The position numbers were made by a program, and so were the translations under genes. Under the pieces are notes generated by a model that was given only the letters and a program-made list of their open reading frames with translations, ran no database searches and was not told the DNA's origin. A stretch of DNA of 24,000 nt, from contig JBPBPI010000117.1 in assembly GCA_050954885.1 (NCBI GenBank), positions 7,333-31,332 on the forward strand. The letters run 5' to 3'. Below, piece after piece: positions 9,435 through 17,680 of the stretch (position 1 is the first letter of the stretch; the number at the start of each line of letters is the position of its first letter). The DNA is from Janthinobacterium lividum (GTDB lineage Bacteria > Pseudomonadota > Alphaproteobacteria > Caedimonadales > Caedimonadaceae).

Positions 9435-11207
9435 GTTTTCCAGCTTCCTTTATTGTTGTGTTGATAAAGCTCAAGTTGCGTAAACGAATTGACACTGGCA
9501 AAAAGAGCAAAGAAATGATTTAAAACTGACGAAAACAAAAAAGTATTTTTTTGAACATCTTTTTCTAAATTTACGGTTAATCGAATGTGAGTTCCAGAAA
9601 TAAAGCCGCGCCAGGCATCTTGACCGAAACGACGCATCACTGTTTTGGTTTCAAGACGGCTGATAGTCTCCAATTCAGGTAATGTATTCGAATTCTGGCC
9701 ACCCGCGTAAAGCTGAATAATTTCTTTTAACGCTTGAAGCGACAAGGTGTCATTAGACAAAGATAAATGATTTAAACTGAGTTGTGAGATCAATTTCCAC
9801 TGACTTGATGCCTCAGTTGAGGGATAATATTGAGGCGTCGGTCGGTAAAGACAAACAATTTGTGCTGCTGGATTTTCCTGTTCCGGTTGCAAAAGTGTAC
9901 CGGCTGAAAATTCAGACGCTAAGGTACGATTGGTACAAAGCAATTGAGCAAAAATTGTTTGATTTGCAGGTACCGTTGGATCCATATTTTGATCGACCAA
10001 CGACAAAAAGATATCGCCTCCCCCCAAATGATAATTGACCGCAGGGACGCGTCGAGCATTCCAAAAGCAACCTTGATCGTTATGTTTTTGATGATCATAA
10101 GAGAAATAAGGTTTAAATACCTCGGTCAGAGTTGTGCCTTTAACAGTCGCTTGAACCTGAGTGATGCTATGAATTTCAGTGGTTTTCTCGTGTTTAAGGT
10201 CGCCAATCAAGCGATATTCATGAGTTTGATGATTTAGACGAATAGGCTCAGACGTTTTGGTAAACAAATTAACAATCGGTGTGCAATTCAAACGAAAGTT
10301 GCCCGCCGTGATGGCATTGGCTTTGAAGGTAAAACTATCTGCCAATGAAATATAAAGAGTAATGTCAGAAGTTTCTTCCGGCAAGTCAATAGGGTCAATG
10401 TCAAAGAAATAAAATTTTTCGGCAAAATGAAAGTATTCAAATAAAAATCGATATCCGGGATGAGCATGCTCGGGGTATGGCACGACCGATTCATCAGGCT
10501 TGAAACCAACTATGTTTTAAAGATCCTGTGGGCAAAGATATTAAAAAAGGTTTGACAGATTTGCTTTGAATCACAACAGATCCTTCTTGAGCAAACAAAG
10601 CTTCATACAAGCTATTTTTAAATAAACGTGATCCCTCTAAAAAAAATCGAAGATCTGTGAGATTCATACTTTTGAAACCTTGATTCACAGATTTGAGCGT
10701 TAATTTTAAAGCACGGGTTGTGGATAAATAGGGTAGACATTCTGGCTCTGCTGCAGAGAGAATGACCTCAGCTGCTTGAACTTCAATGGGCCGCAAAGCG
10801 ACATCATAACACGTTTGGAATCGGCAGGTTTCACCCTCAGGATTGGTGACAAATAATTTGGTCGTCCGTGGCACAATATGGGTGTCCGATAATTTGCCTT
10901 TTTGAGATGAAAAAGTAAATTCAGCAATACTGAGAGAGGGCAAAGGATTGATGAATTGAGGATATAAAATTCCTAATAAAGCATTGGTCAGACGTGGGTA
11001 TTGTTGATCAATATCTTGTTGAAGTCGCGCTGTCATAAAGGCAAATGATTCCAGCAAACGCTCGACATGAGGATCTGAAGATATTTGCGCCGTAAAATCT
11101 AATCTTTGAGCAACCTTGGGATGTTTGTGCGCAAATTGCATACCTTGTTGCCGAAGATACATAAGTTCTCGACTATAATAATCATAAAACGACTCTTCAA
11201 CCTTCAC
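9398..11207 (-). pseudogene. tssF: Type VI secretion system baseplate subunit TssF (ImpG/VasA family), interrupted by a +1 frameshift near 10515-10518
   Basis: Two track ORFs in different frames (10494-11207, 237 aa, and 9398-10483, 361 aa) together make a TssF of about 600 aa. The N-terminal part YDYYSRELMYLRQQGMQFAHKHPKVAQRL...DPHVERLLESFAFMTARL is canonical. The conserved block VGFKPDESVVPYPEHAHPGYRFLFEYFHFAEKF is readable in the second frame starting upstream of the annotated GTG. The gene starts with GTG at 11207, with AGGA about 11 nt upstream. Confidence 0.85.
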
Positions 11208-11352
11208 AGCCTGATCCTGAATTTATTTTTTTTAATTAACATTCAGCATGACATAAGCTTTTCATCGTGACCAGTTGAAAATATCGATTTAAGATAAGAT
11301 ACTGTTTTGTCTATATTGAAAAAATTGATTTTTAAAAAGTTGATTATAAAAT

Positions 11353-11392
11353 AAAAAAAATCGCTTCTCAATATTTCTATTTAAGAAGCGAT
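11353..11392 (-). terminator. Rho-independent terminator downstream of mlaC
   Basis: There is a perfect 9-bp stem (ATCGCTTCT at 11360-11368 pairing with AGAAGCGAT at 11384-11392) and a 15-nt loop. On the minus strand the stem is followed by a T8 run (A8 at 11353-11360 on the plus strand). It starts 14 nt after the mlaC stop. Confidence 0.7.
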
Positions 11393-11405
11393 GTTGTTGA
11401 TGATT

Positions 11406-12098
11406 TTAGGCAGCAGGGGCTGCTTGTGGTGATTCTGTGTTTGTATCGGGAATATCGGTGGTAATTTCTTTAGACCTTAAGGCTTTTAACAAACCTTCAA
11501 TTGAACGACCATTTTGATCATAAGCACCTGCGTATTGACTGCGGTAAGTGATGCTCATGCTAACGCCTTTAACACTGACGTCCAAAATACGTAAATCACC
11601 ATTAGTGCGAAAGACTTTCCAATCAACTGGTACAGGTGGGCCGGATGCCAAAATGATTTTTGACGTGACGATGACACCGCCTTTGTTACTTGGGCGTGCA
11701 CCGCTGACTATAAGTTTTTCGTTAGTATAACTGTCAAATTGATGTGAATAACTTTCAACAATTGAATCTTCAAATAGTTTTAAATATTCTGTTTGTTGAT
11801 TAGGGCTTGCCTTTTTCCAGTAACGTCCCAAAACATACCGGACAATGGAGCTCATATCGAATTTTTCTCGAATAACTTGACGGAACTGATCTTGACGTTG
11901 TGATAAAGAGGCTGATTTGTTTACCAAAACTTGAATAATTTTGTTACCAGTGTCTTCAATAAAGCGTTTAGAAAGTTCAAGCTCACTGCTGTCGACTTCT
12001 GTACCATTACTTTTTTCATCCAGAGTTATACAATATATTGAGTGACTTAAGATAAATCCTAAAACAAAGACGGGAAGCAAAGCTTTAAAAAAACGCAT
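11406..12098 (-). CDS. mlaC: Periplasmic phospholipid-binding protein MlaC (Ttg2D/toluene-tolerance family)
   Basis: 230 aa with an N-terminal signal peptide (MRFFKALLPVFVLGFILSHS). The overall pattern (FDMSSIVRYVLGRYWKKASPNQQTEY...F......Y) resembles MlaC-family proteins. It lies 11 nt downstream of mlaA. Confidence 0.8.
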   Translation of the reverse strand: MRFFKALLPVFVLGFILSHSIYCITLDEKSNGTEVDSSELELSKRFIEDTGNKIIQVLVNKSASLSQRQDQFRQVIREKFDMSSIVRYVLGRYWKKASPNQQTEYLKLFEDSIVESYSHQFDSYTNEKLIVSGARPSNKGGVIVTSKIILASGPPVPVDWKVFRTNGDLRILDVSVKGVSMSITYRSQYAGAYDQNGRSIEGLLKALRSKEITTDIPDTNTESPQAAPAA

Positions 12099-12109
12099 TT
12101 TATATATCC

Positions 12110-12943
12110 TTATTCATTCATATTGCTTTCATCTTCCTCAAAAGGCACAGGTGAATCATTATCAACAACGCCTTTATTAATATTGAAAGCACGGTTTTGA
12201 GTATAAGCACTCCTCATCGCAATATAAGGATCAGGAGAGCGGTTAATTTGTTCCAGCACGCTATCAGCTTCAACACGTTTGTCAATACCTTCAACACCCC
12301 AGCGAACATAGATAAGATAATCTAATTTCTTTTTTAAGATGAGAGCATCAACTGGATCGACAACAAGATCAAAAATGACACCTGTTAAATCTCGGGGATT
12401 TGAAGGACCGATAAAAGGAATGACAAGATAACAAGAATCACCAACACCATAATGTCCTAAAGTCTCACCAAAATCTTCTTCGTGATAATTAATATCAAAC
12501 CATTCATGAGCCACATCAAAAAGACCCAATCCACCCAAAGTTGTGTTGATAACAAATCGGGCAAGAGTGTCCATTGCACGGTCACCTTCAAACTGCAAAA
12601 CATCATTAATGAAAATAACAGGCGCATTTATGTTATTGACAAAATTATGAACACTTTCTTGAACAGGTTTTGGAAATATATCTTTATAAAAGTCTGTAAT
12701 TGGCTTGGCAAAATAGGCATCGATTAATTGATTAAACCGAAAGACGCTGCGGTTGACGTCTTCCATAGGATCTTCAACATCTAAAGTACCGTCAATATGC
12801 TCATCTGATAAAGTATTCAATGAATCAGAAGAGGTTAGCCAGGAACAGCACCCTACATCGGTTGTTAATAAAGAGAAAAAAACAGCAAACCATAGTTTTT
12901 TAATTTTATTAAAATTTATAAAGCCGTTATTAAGAAAGAACAT
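12110..12943 (-). CDS. mlaA: Outer-membrane lipoprotein MlaA (VacJ family)
   Basis: 277 aa. The hallmark VacJ block DPMEDVNRSVFRFNQLIDAYFAKPITDFY is present, along with NNINAPVIFINDVLQ and the GLFDVA region. The N-terminus is hydrophobic and ends in Cys-Cys, which is lipoprotein-like. Confidence 0.85.
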   Translation of the reverse strand: MFFLNNGFINFNKIKKLWFAVFFSLLTTDVGCCSWLTSSDSLNTLSDEHIDGTLDVEDPMEDVNRSVFRFNQLIDAYFAKPITDFYKDIFPKPVQESVHNFVNNINAPVIFINDVLQFEGDRAMDTLARFVINTTLGGLGLFDVAHEWFDINYHEEDFGETLGHYGVGDSCYLVIPFIGPSNPRDLTGVIFDLVVDPVDALILKKKLDYLIYVRWGVEGIDKRVEADSVLEQINRSPDPYIAMRSAYTQNRAFNINKGVVDNDSPVPFEEDESNMNE

Positions 12944-13177
12944 ATTTTAACACCTGATAAGACAAAAAACAAATTGCGAATAATATTAACACATAATAAT
13001 GTTGTGATAAGAAAAAATAAATTTTTTGATCAAAAATCTTTTGTCACTATTTAAAGATCTTTATTTCAACAATCAAGTAAATTATGATAAAAGTAAAATT
13101 TAGTAATATTTTTTGATACAAAATAGAAAAATTTAAATTAATCAATCTTATGTATAAAAAATGAAAGAAAAACAATA

Positions 13178-13819
13178 ATGTCTAGAAATATATCAAGATT
13201 TTTCAATTTTATTCTTCTAGGAATATTTTTGGTTTCTGAAAATTTTGCATCTTCCCCTCAACCTCACCCAAGCTTTATGGGAGAATTGCCAAAAGATTCT
13301 TATGAATTGATTTGGGGCAGTGAGTCAGCGCCGGTAACTGTTGTTGAATATACCTCTCTGTCTTGCGGTCATTGTGCTGATTTTCACAAAAACGTGTTAC
13401 CTGAAATTCGTAAAAAATATATTGATACAGGTCGTGTTCGTTTTGTCTTCAGACATTTTCCTATCGATCGGTTATCTTTAAAAATTTCAACTTTGGTAAA
13501 TGATTTACCTTACTTGAAAAGGAGTTATGCTATTGATCAAATCTTTGATCAACAAGATGGGTGGATTGATGCAGGGGATAAAGCCTTTGAAAAAATTGCT
13601 GTAATTTGTCAAATTCCTTTGGACAAATATCAACAAATTATAAATGACAAAGAAAAACTTGATGCGGCTGCTCAGTCACGCTTCAATATTGAAAAATGTG
13701 TCTCAATTGAAGGCACACCAACTTTTTTTATTAATGACAAGATGTATCCAACAGCGTTATCTTTAGCTCAATTTGAGCAAATTGTTTTGCCAAAACTTCA
13801 AACTTTATCAAAACCTTAA
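13178..13819 (+). CDS. DsbA-family periplasmic thiol:disulfide oxidoreductase (Com1-like)
   Basis: 213 aa with a signal peptide (FNFILLGIFLVSENFA). The thioredoxin-fold active site is CGHC, within YTSLSCGHCADFH. A C-terminal GTPTFFIN cis-Pro loop region is present. Confidence 0.8.
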   Translation: MSRNISRFFNFILLGIFLVSENFASSPQPHPSFMGELPKDSYELIWGSESAPVTVVEYTSLSCGHCADFHKNVLPEIRKKYIDTGRVRFVFRHFPIDRLSLKISTLVNDLPYLKRSYAIDQIFDQQDGWIDAGDKAFEKIAVICQIPLDKYQQIINDKEKLDAAAQSRFNIEKCVSIEGTPTFFINDKMYPTALSLAQFEQIVLPKLQTLSKP

Positions 13820-13860
13820 AGTTTGTCAGACAATTTATAACTATGTTTAGGTAATTTTGA

Positions 13861-14202
13861 ATGAATGAAATAGAATTTCGACATCAGGTCTGTAAAGCTT
13901 TACAATTTCTTGAAGAACATTTAGAGCAACAATTAGATCATCAAGCAGATATTGACGCACGTGAAGAAAGTCTGCAAATCACGCTTTCATCCGGACAAAT
14001 CTGGCTTTTAAATCGTCATACACCGTCCCGAGAAATCTGGCTTTCGTCACCTATACAAGGGGGTATTCATTTCGGCTGGTGCGTGCAAAAGAAACGCTGG
14101 ATTTCAACGCGTTCTTTCCAAGATGAACTTTTTGATTTCTTAGAAAAAGATTTGTCATCAGTTTTAGGATTTGCTGTACAGCTTCAAAAAATACAGGCCT
14201 AA
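13861..14202 (+). CDS. cyaY: Frataxin-like iron-sulfur cluster assembly protein CyaY
   Basis: 113 aa. The acidic N-terminal helix (LEEHLEQQLDHQADIDA) and the conserved block LNRHTPSREIWLSSPIQGGIHF are typical of CyaY/frataxin. AGGT lies about 9 nt upstream of the ATG. Confidence 0.85.
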   Translation: MNEIEFRHQVCKALQFLEEHLEQQLDHQADIDAREESLQITLSSGQIWLLNRHTPSREIWLSSPIQGGIHFGWCVQKKRWISTRSFQDELFDFLEKDLSSVLGFAVQLQKIQA

Positions 14203-15979
14203 AAACTTGACCAAACAAACACGTGCTATAAAGACAAATACTTTAAATATATTTTTATCTTATCTAAAGCCTTATTATACTCAAATTGCCGTGGCTTTAT
14301 TAGCATTACTGTTTTCAGCTTTCATTATTTTATTGGTGGGATTTGGTCTACAGAAATTTGTTGATCAAGGACTTCAAGCGCCCCATCGACAATTCATAAA
14401 CCCTGCCTTTATATTTTTGATCATCTGTGCTCTTATCTTGGCCGGTGCTGCACTAGTTCGCATGACAACCACATCTTGGTTAAGCGAGCAAGTCACGCAA
14501 GATATCCGGCGAGACTTATTTAGACATCTACTTACTTTTGATGCTTTAATATTAGAAGATTTAAAGACAAGTGATCTGATCTCAAGGCTTGAAAATGATA
14601 CTGCTTTAATTCGCTCAGCGCTCAGCTCATCCGTGGCTGTCGCTTTGCGTAGTTTTATCCAAATTCTGGGATCTGTTATTTTTTTATTTATGACAAGTTT
14701 AAAATTAACAGGCTTCGTTTTACTCGTGATTCCTTTGTGTTCGCTGCCTTTAATTTTTTTGGGGAGACGCGTTCGGTTGCACACAGCAAATACACATACA
14801 AAACAACAATCTTTAAGTATTTTTATTCATGAAACCTTAAGGGCGCTTAGGACGATCCAAGCTTTTTGTCAAGAAAGCGGACAAGCCCAACGATTTGAAG
14901 ATTTATCTGCCTGTTATTTAAAGGCGACACATCTTAAGGGAAGGTCTCGTGCTTTGATTGTGGCATCCATTATTGCCATTGTATTTGGATCCATTGCCTT
15001 AACACTTTGGATTGGTGCTCAAGATGTATTTCAAGGTAAAATTAGCTTTGGTCAATTGTCGGCTTTTATTTTTTATGCGGTGGTGGCAGCTGGGTCTTTA
15101 AATTCTTTAAGTGATGTCAGTGGCGAGATGATGTCGGCGATTCAAGGATTTAAACGTATTTATCAATTGAAAGAACTTAGGTCTCGTTTTCAAATTAAAA
15201 CAACTTTTTCTGAACTAGCAATATCAGATTCGCAAGAACTGACCGTTGACTTTAAAGACGTTACTTTTTTCTATCCTTCCCGACCTAAGATTCCTGCTTT
15301 ACATCGTCTTTCTTTCAAAATTAAAGCTGGGCAAACAGTCGCGATAGTTGGTCCTTCAGGGGCTGGCAAAAGTACTTTGTTTCAATTATTACTAAGGTTT
15401 TATGATCCTCAAGAAGGTCAGATCTTAATTGAAAATCAAGATATTCAAAATCTTTCTTTGCCAAACCTTCGGTCTTTATTTGCTCAGGTACCGCAAGAGC
15501 CAGATATTTTTGATCTTTCTCTTCAAGATAATATTGCCTTCAGCCGTCCTAAGGCGACGTGTGATGAGATTTATGAAGCTGCAGATTTAGCACTCGTTAA
15601 TGAATTTGTCTCATTGTTACCTCAAGGGTATGAAACAATGGTGGGCGAGCAGGGCATACGCTTATCAGGGGGGCAAAAGCAACGTTTGGCGATTGCTCGC
15701 GCAGTGCTTTATCAAGCGCCCATTTTGTTACTCGACGAAGCCACCAATGCGTTGGATGCAGAAAGTGAATATAGTGTACAAAAGGCGCTTGATCTTGCGT
15801 TCAAAGGACGAACACGTTTGGTTATTGCCCATCGATTGGCAACTGTTGTTCACGCAGATCATATATTGGTCCTGGATCAAGGTCATTTGGTGGAGCAAGG
15901 CAGGCATCAAGATTTAATTCAACAAAATGGTCTTTACGCCCATTTGGCCAAGCATCAGTTTTCGCATGCGTCACAATAA
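14171..15979 (+). CDS. ABC exporter half-transporter (fused TMD-NBD; ABCB/MsbA/Atm1/Mdl-like)
   Basis: About 600 aa with six N-terminal TM helices. It has Walker A GPSGAGKST, the signature LSGGQKQR, Walker B ILLLDEAT and the H-loop AHRL. There is no ATG near the 5' end. The start is either TTG 14171, which overlaps cyaY by 32 nt, or in-frame TTG 14207, 4 nt after the cyaY stop, so the start is uncertain. Confidence 0.85.
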   Translation: MLYSFKKYRPKNLTKQTRAIKTNTLNIFLSYLKPYYTQIAVALLALLFSAFIILLVGFGLQKFVDQGLQAPHRQFINPAFIFLIICALILAGAALVRMTTTSWLSEQVTQDIRRDLFRHLLTFDALILEDLKTSDLISRLENDTALIRSALSSSVAVALRSFIQILGSVIFLFMTSLKLTGFVLLVIPLCSLPLIFLGRRVRLHTANTHTKQQSLSIFIHETLRALRTIQAFCQESGQAQRFEDLSACYLKATHLKGRSRALIVASIIAIVFGSIALTLWIGAQDVFQGKISFGQLSAFIFYAVVAAGSLNSLSDVSGEMMSAIQGFKRIYQLKELRSRFQIKTTFSELAISDSQELTVDFKDVTFFYPSRPKIPALHRLSFKIKAGQTVAIVGPSGAGKSTLFQLLLRFYDPQEGQILIENQDIQNLSLPNLRSLFAQVPQEPDIFDLSLQDNIAFSRPKATCDEIYEAADLALVNEFVSLLPQGYETMVGEQGIRLSGGQKQRLAIARAVLYQAPILLLDEATNALDAESEYSVQKALDLAFKGRTRLVIAHRLATVVHADHILVLDQGHLVEQGRHQDLIQQNGLYAHLAKHQFSHASQ

Positions 15980-16830
15980 CCAATTTGATGACATATCAAA
16001 TCGACTGTATTTTGTAAAAGTGACACAACGGTCATGGGGCCAATGCCGCCTGGGACAGGTGTTATCGCACCAGCTATGTCTTTAACATTATCAAAATCGA
16101 CATCTCCCACCAATATATTGTCTGTCAATCGATTGATTCCAACATCTAAGACAATGGCGCCTGGCTTTACCCATGATTTTTTAACCAATTGAGGCAATCC
16201 AACTGCCACGACCAGTATGTCGGCCTGACCGCAAATATCTGGCAGATTTTGTGTTTTAGAATGTGCCATAACCACGGTGCAATTTTCCCCAAGCAGTATC
16301 AAAGCCATAGGTTTTCCAACCAATAAGGAACGTCCCAAAACAACAGCCGTGAGTCCTGTTAAATCTTGACGATACTGTTTGATTAACGTTAAACAACCTC
16401 TTGGCGTACAGGGAATTGTTCCATGCGCCCCTGTCACCAAAGCACCCAGATTAAGACGATGAAGCCCATCCACATCTTTGAGAGGATCAAGGGCATTAAT
16501 AATTTCAGTTGACTCTAAATGAGGGGGCAGTGGAAGCTGAATTAAAATACCATGTATTTGAGGATCTTGATTCAATTGATATATTTTATCAAGTACATGA
16601 TCTTGAGAGACATCTGCTTTAAAAGTATAGAGAAATGACCTTATGCCCACTTCATGGCATTGACGAATTTTAGAAGCAACGTAAACTTGGCTTGCAGGAT
16701 TATCACCTACCTGAATCACAGCCAATCCAGGAATCATATTGGTATTTTTTTGAATTTGACCAAGACGTTTCACAAGGTCTTGTTTAAGGCGATCAGCGCA
16801 AGCTCTGCCATCCAAAAGATAAGCACTCAT
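15955..16830 (-). CDS. folD: Bifunctional methylenetetrahydrofolate dehydrogenase/methenyltetrahydrofolate cyclohydrolase FolD
   Basis: 291 aa. Canonical FolD motifs are present: VGDNPASQVYV, GILIQLPLP, PCTPRGC, GRSLLVGKPMA and PGGIGPMTV. Confidence 0.95.
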   Translation of the reverse strand: MSAYLLDGRACADRLKQDLVKRLGQIQKNTNMIPGLAVIQVGDNPASQVYVASKIRQCHEVGIRSFLYTFKADVSQDHVLDKIYQLNQDPQIHGILIQLPLPPHLESTEIINALDPLKDVDGLHRLNLGALVTGAHGTIPCTPRGCLTLIKQYRQDLTGLTAVVLGRSLLVGKPMALILLGENCTVVMAHSKTQNLPDICGQADILVVAVGLPQLVKKSWVKPGAIVLDVGINRLTDNILVGDVDFDNVKDIAGAITPVPGGIGPMTVVSLLQNTVDLICHQIGYCDACEN

Positions 16831-16854
16831 TTTATAAAAACTTGAATATTAAAA

Positions 16855-17178
16855 TTAGCGAATGAGTATCTCACTTGGAATCATACATTTTAAAATCAAC
16901 ATACCAATGATATTTCCGATAAAATAAAGCAATAAAATGAGTACCAAAGGGGCGAGATCAATGCTTGACAATTGTGGTAAAAAGCGACGCAATGGTCGTA
17001 GTGCAGGTTCAACCAGTTGATCTGTAATTCGTTGAAGAGTGACCACAAAATTATTATAATGATTTACAATACCAAAATTCACCAGCCAATGAATGATTAC
17101 ATAAATAAACACAACCCATGAATATAATCGAACAACGGTTCCCAAAAGCTGAAGGATCGGCACCAATAAAACGTCCAT
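16855..17178 (-). CDS. yggT: YggT-family integral membrane protein
   Basis: 107 aa. It is a small hydrophobic protein with the YggT-like pattern (TDQLVEPALRPLRRFLP...DLAPLVLILLL). It lies 24 nt upstream of folD on the same strand. Confidence 0.8.
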   Translation of the reverse strand: MDVLLVPILQLLGTVVRLYSWVVFIYVIIHWLVNFGIVNHYNNFVVTLQRITDQLVEPALRPLRRFLPQLSSIDLAPLVLILLLYFIGNIIGMLILKCMIPSEILIR

Positions 17179-17680
17179 AGTTTTTCCTAAAAGTTGAGAA
17201 AATTATTATTGTTTTAAAAATAATCACGTCTTTGATAGAGATACAAGTAAAATCTTAAAAGTAGTGTACTCATAAATGATCATAGAGAAAAAATATAATT
17301 AGAAAATAAATTGATTTAAAAATGTTAGTAGGGGTGGTTGATAAACCTTGGAACTTTTTATTCTTCTTGGAGCGGCCCCTGGCAACTCGTCTAACAAAAT
17401 GAACATTGCCAAAAAAGTATTAACAATTGGTTAATGAAAATTAACAATTTATGCATTTTTAAATTAAATCATCGTCTCTTGTGAGGTTATGTCTAGCCTT
17501 GAGGTTATTCTCTGTGATAAAACGTCAATAGGCTCAAAAAATTTATGAAAAAAACGGCAACAGGATATATTTATTTTTAATATAAAATTTCAAAAAATTT
17601 ATTTTGAAGCGCAGTTATATTTTCATAAATTTTGGGTTTATGAAGCTTAAATAATAAAGACCTATGAAGGAGTTATAAAT

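Noticed and set aside
10288-10509. A 73-aa ORF in the third frame spanning the tssF break, which might have bridged the two halves.
   Set aside because: It is in neither TssF frame, and its translation (MVSSLMNRSCHTPSMLIPD...) shows no TssF similarity. The conserved TssF block is readable in the frame of the 9398-10483 ORF instead.
10515-10521. On the coding strand, U_UUA_AAA at the tssF break fits the X_XXY_YYZ pattern of -1 programmed frameshift heptamers.
   Set aside because: The downstream TssF frame is +1, not -1, relative to the upstream frame. A -1 slip gives F-K-T-stop. An A4 run is also too short for efficient transcriptional slippage. A simple indel or sequencing error is more parsimonious.
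11255-11274. A sigma54-like element (minus strand cTGGtCAC-N-aaGCtt) upstream of tssF. T6SS loci are often sigma54-dependent.
   Set aside because: The GG-to-GC spacing is 14 nt instead of the invariant 12, and the -12 region lacks TTGC.
15955-15979. A 25-nt convergent overlap of the ABC exporter and folD 3' ends, with no intervening terminator.
   Set aside because: Short convergent overlaps are common in compact genomes. There is no evidence of a regulatory role. The C-terminal tails of both proteins are non-conserved extensions.
17305-17406. A 33-codon minus-strand ORF (MFILLDELPGAAPRRIKSSKVYQPPLLTFLNQFIF) and a possible structured RNA around the GC-rich patch. AGGGG and CCCCT could pair, and the GGGGTGG start is reminiscent of SRP RNA or tmRNA 5' ends.
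   Set aside because: There is no SD and no recognisable protein family. Pairing does not extend beyond 5 bp. The hallmark SRP (GGAAGCAGCCAAGG-type) and tmRNA motifs are absent. It is kept only as part of the unexplained-intergenic finding.
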